Positions 63,572-64,000 of a stretch of 64,000 nucleotides of DNA are shown here, piece after piece. Each line of letters begins with the position of its first letter. Position 1 is the first letter of the stretch. Origin of the DNA: Diplonema japonicum (taxonomy: Eukaryota; Protista; Euglenozoa: Diplonemea); contig OZ025680.1 in assembly GCA_964019335.1 (NCBI GenBank), forward strand, positions 496,001-560,000, in the 5' to 3' direction. The notes beneath the pieces were generated by a model. It searched no databases. It was not told where the DNA came from and worked only from the letters and a program-made list of their open reading frames with translations. The translations under genes were made by a program, and so were the position numbers.

Positions 63572-63802
63572 GGATCCTAATGCTGCTATATTTCTTTTTG
63601 TTTTGGTTTCTTCACAACCCTCCCACCTCTTCACCCCTCGACCTCATCCTGACCCTTCCCATTCTCACTGTCCATCGTCCCCACCCGCCATCTTAAATAC
63701 GTTTTTTTTATTTTTTTTTTATTCCCTTTTTGTTTCCCATCATGTCTCTCCTCTCCATGCTCTCCTTGCAGGACACAAAGGTGTGTTTGGAACACCGAAA
63801 CA

Positions 63803-64000
63803 ATGTACCGCAACCCATGCTTTGCTAGGCAGCTGCGCAGGCTGACGGCAGCAGCGTACCCAGAAGACGGTGCACGGGGTCCTACAGGGTCTTTCGTGGG
63901 GGCAAAGACCGCGGAAGACAGGGTTTACAACGACTTGGGGAGCCTTGCAGCGTGGCCGGGGCATGGGAAGATGCTGAACGTCGCTGACGAGGAGGACAAG
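63803..64000 (+). CDS. 5' end of a hypothetical protein, possibly mitochondrial (runs off the window)
   Basis: Open frame MYRNPCFARQLRRLTAAAY..EEDK reaches the window end, with a pyrimidine-rich CAG acceptor just upstream (63770). Confidence 0.6.
   Translation, partial: MYRNPCFARQLRRLTAAAYPEDGARGPTGSFVGAKTAEDRVYNDLGSLAAWPGHGKMLNVADEEDK

Noticed and set aside
1-64000. Spliced-leader RNA gene, intact tRNA/rRNA genes, CRISPR arrays; the many Lys/Phe-rich short ORFs
   Set aside because: I found no SL core sequence, complete cloverleaf, rDNA unit or repeat-spacer array by eye. The Lys/Phe ORFs are translations of intergenic homopolymer runs.

Overview
Eukaryotic nuclear DNA, most likely a diplonemid (Euglenozoa). 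This is an inference from four things: a paraflagellar-rod family gene, about 24 protein genes all on the + strand (a directional cluster), short GT-AG cis-introns, and DNA transposon remnants. The genes are an SCP2-type thiolase (partial), a large 7TM receptor-like protein, a DMT-like and an amino-acid transporter, two RPS21 copies, a PTB/hnRNP-L-like RRM protein, a C-type-lectin/mucin/multi-TM protein, an SGNH-fold protein, two PLAC8-family copies, DLEC1/CFAP81, a Yip1 protein, a MINPP1-like phosphatase, PFR-SH3, ATP11, an RRM-zinc-knuckle protein, RPL3, a transportin-like protein, a PH-AGC kinase and several hypotheticals. I reconstructed 16 introns by eye (36-217 nt). They mostly have GTATG donors and A/C-rich 3' ends finishing in ACAG. 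They join ORFs that the ORF track splits and reveal one 4-exon gene the track misses. Intergenic DNA is rich in homopolymer runs and holds decayed elements: hAT, piggyBac plus a MITE, two TIR elements with TTA-type flanks (one with tRNA-like boxes), a CACT-ended element, a four-copy dispersed repeat and an isolated ~45-nt LSU rRNA fragment. I cannot show a wholly new system from sequence alone. The best leads are the intron grammar and 3' bias, the tRNA-box TIR element, the two receptor-like proteins and the dispersed repeat. All protein calls come from motif recognition, not database searches.
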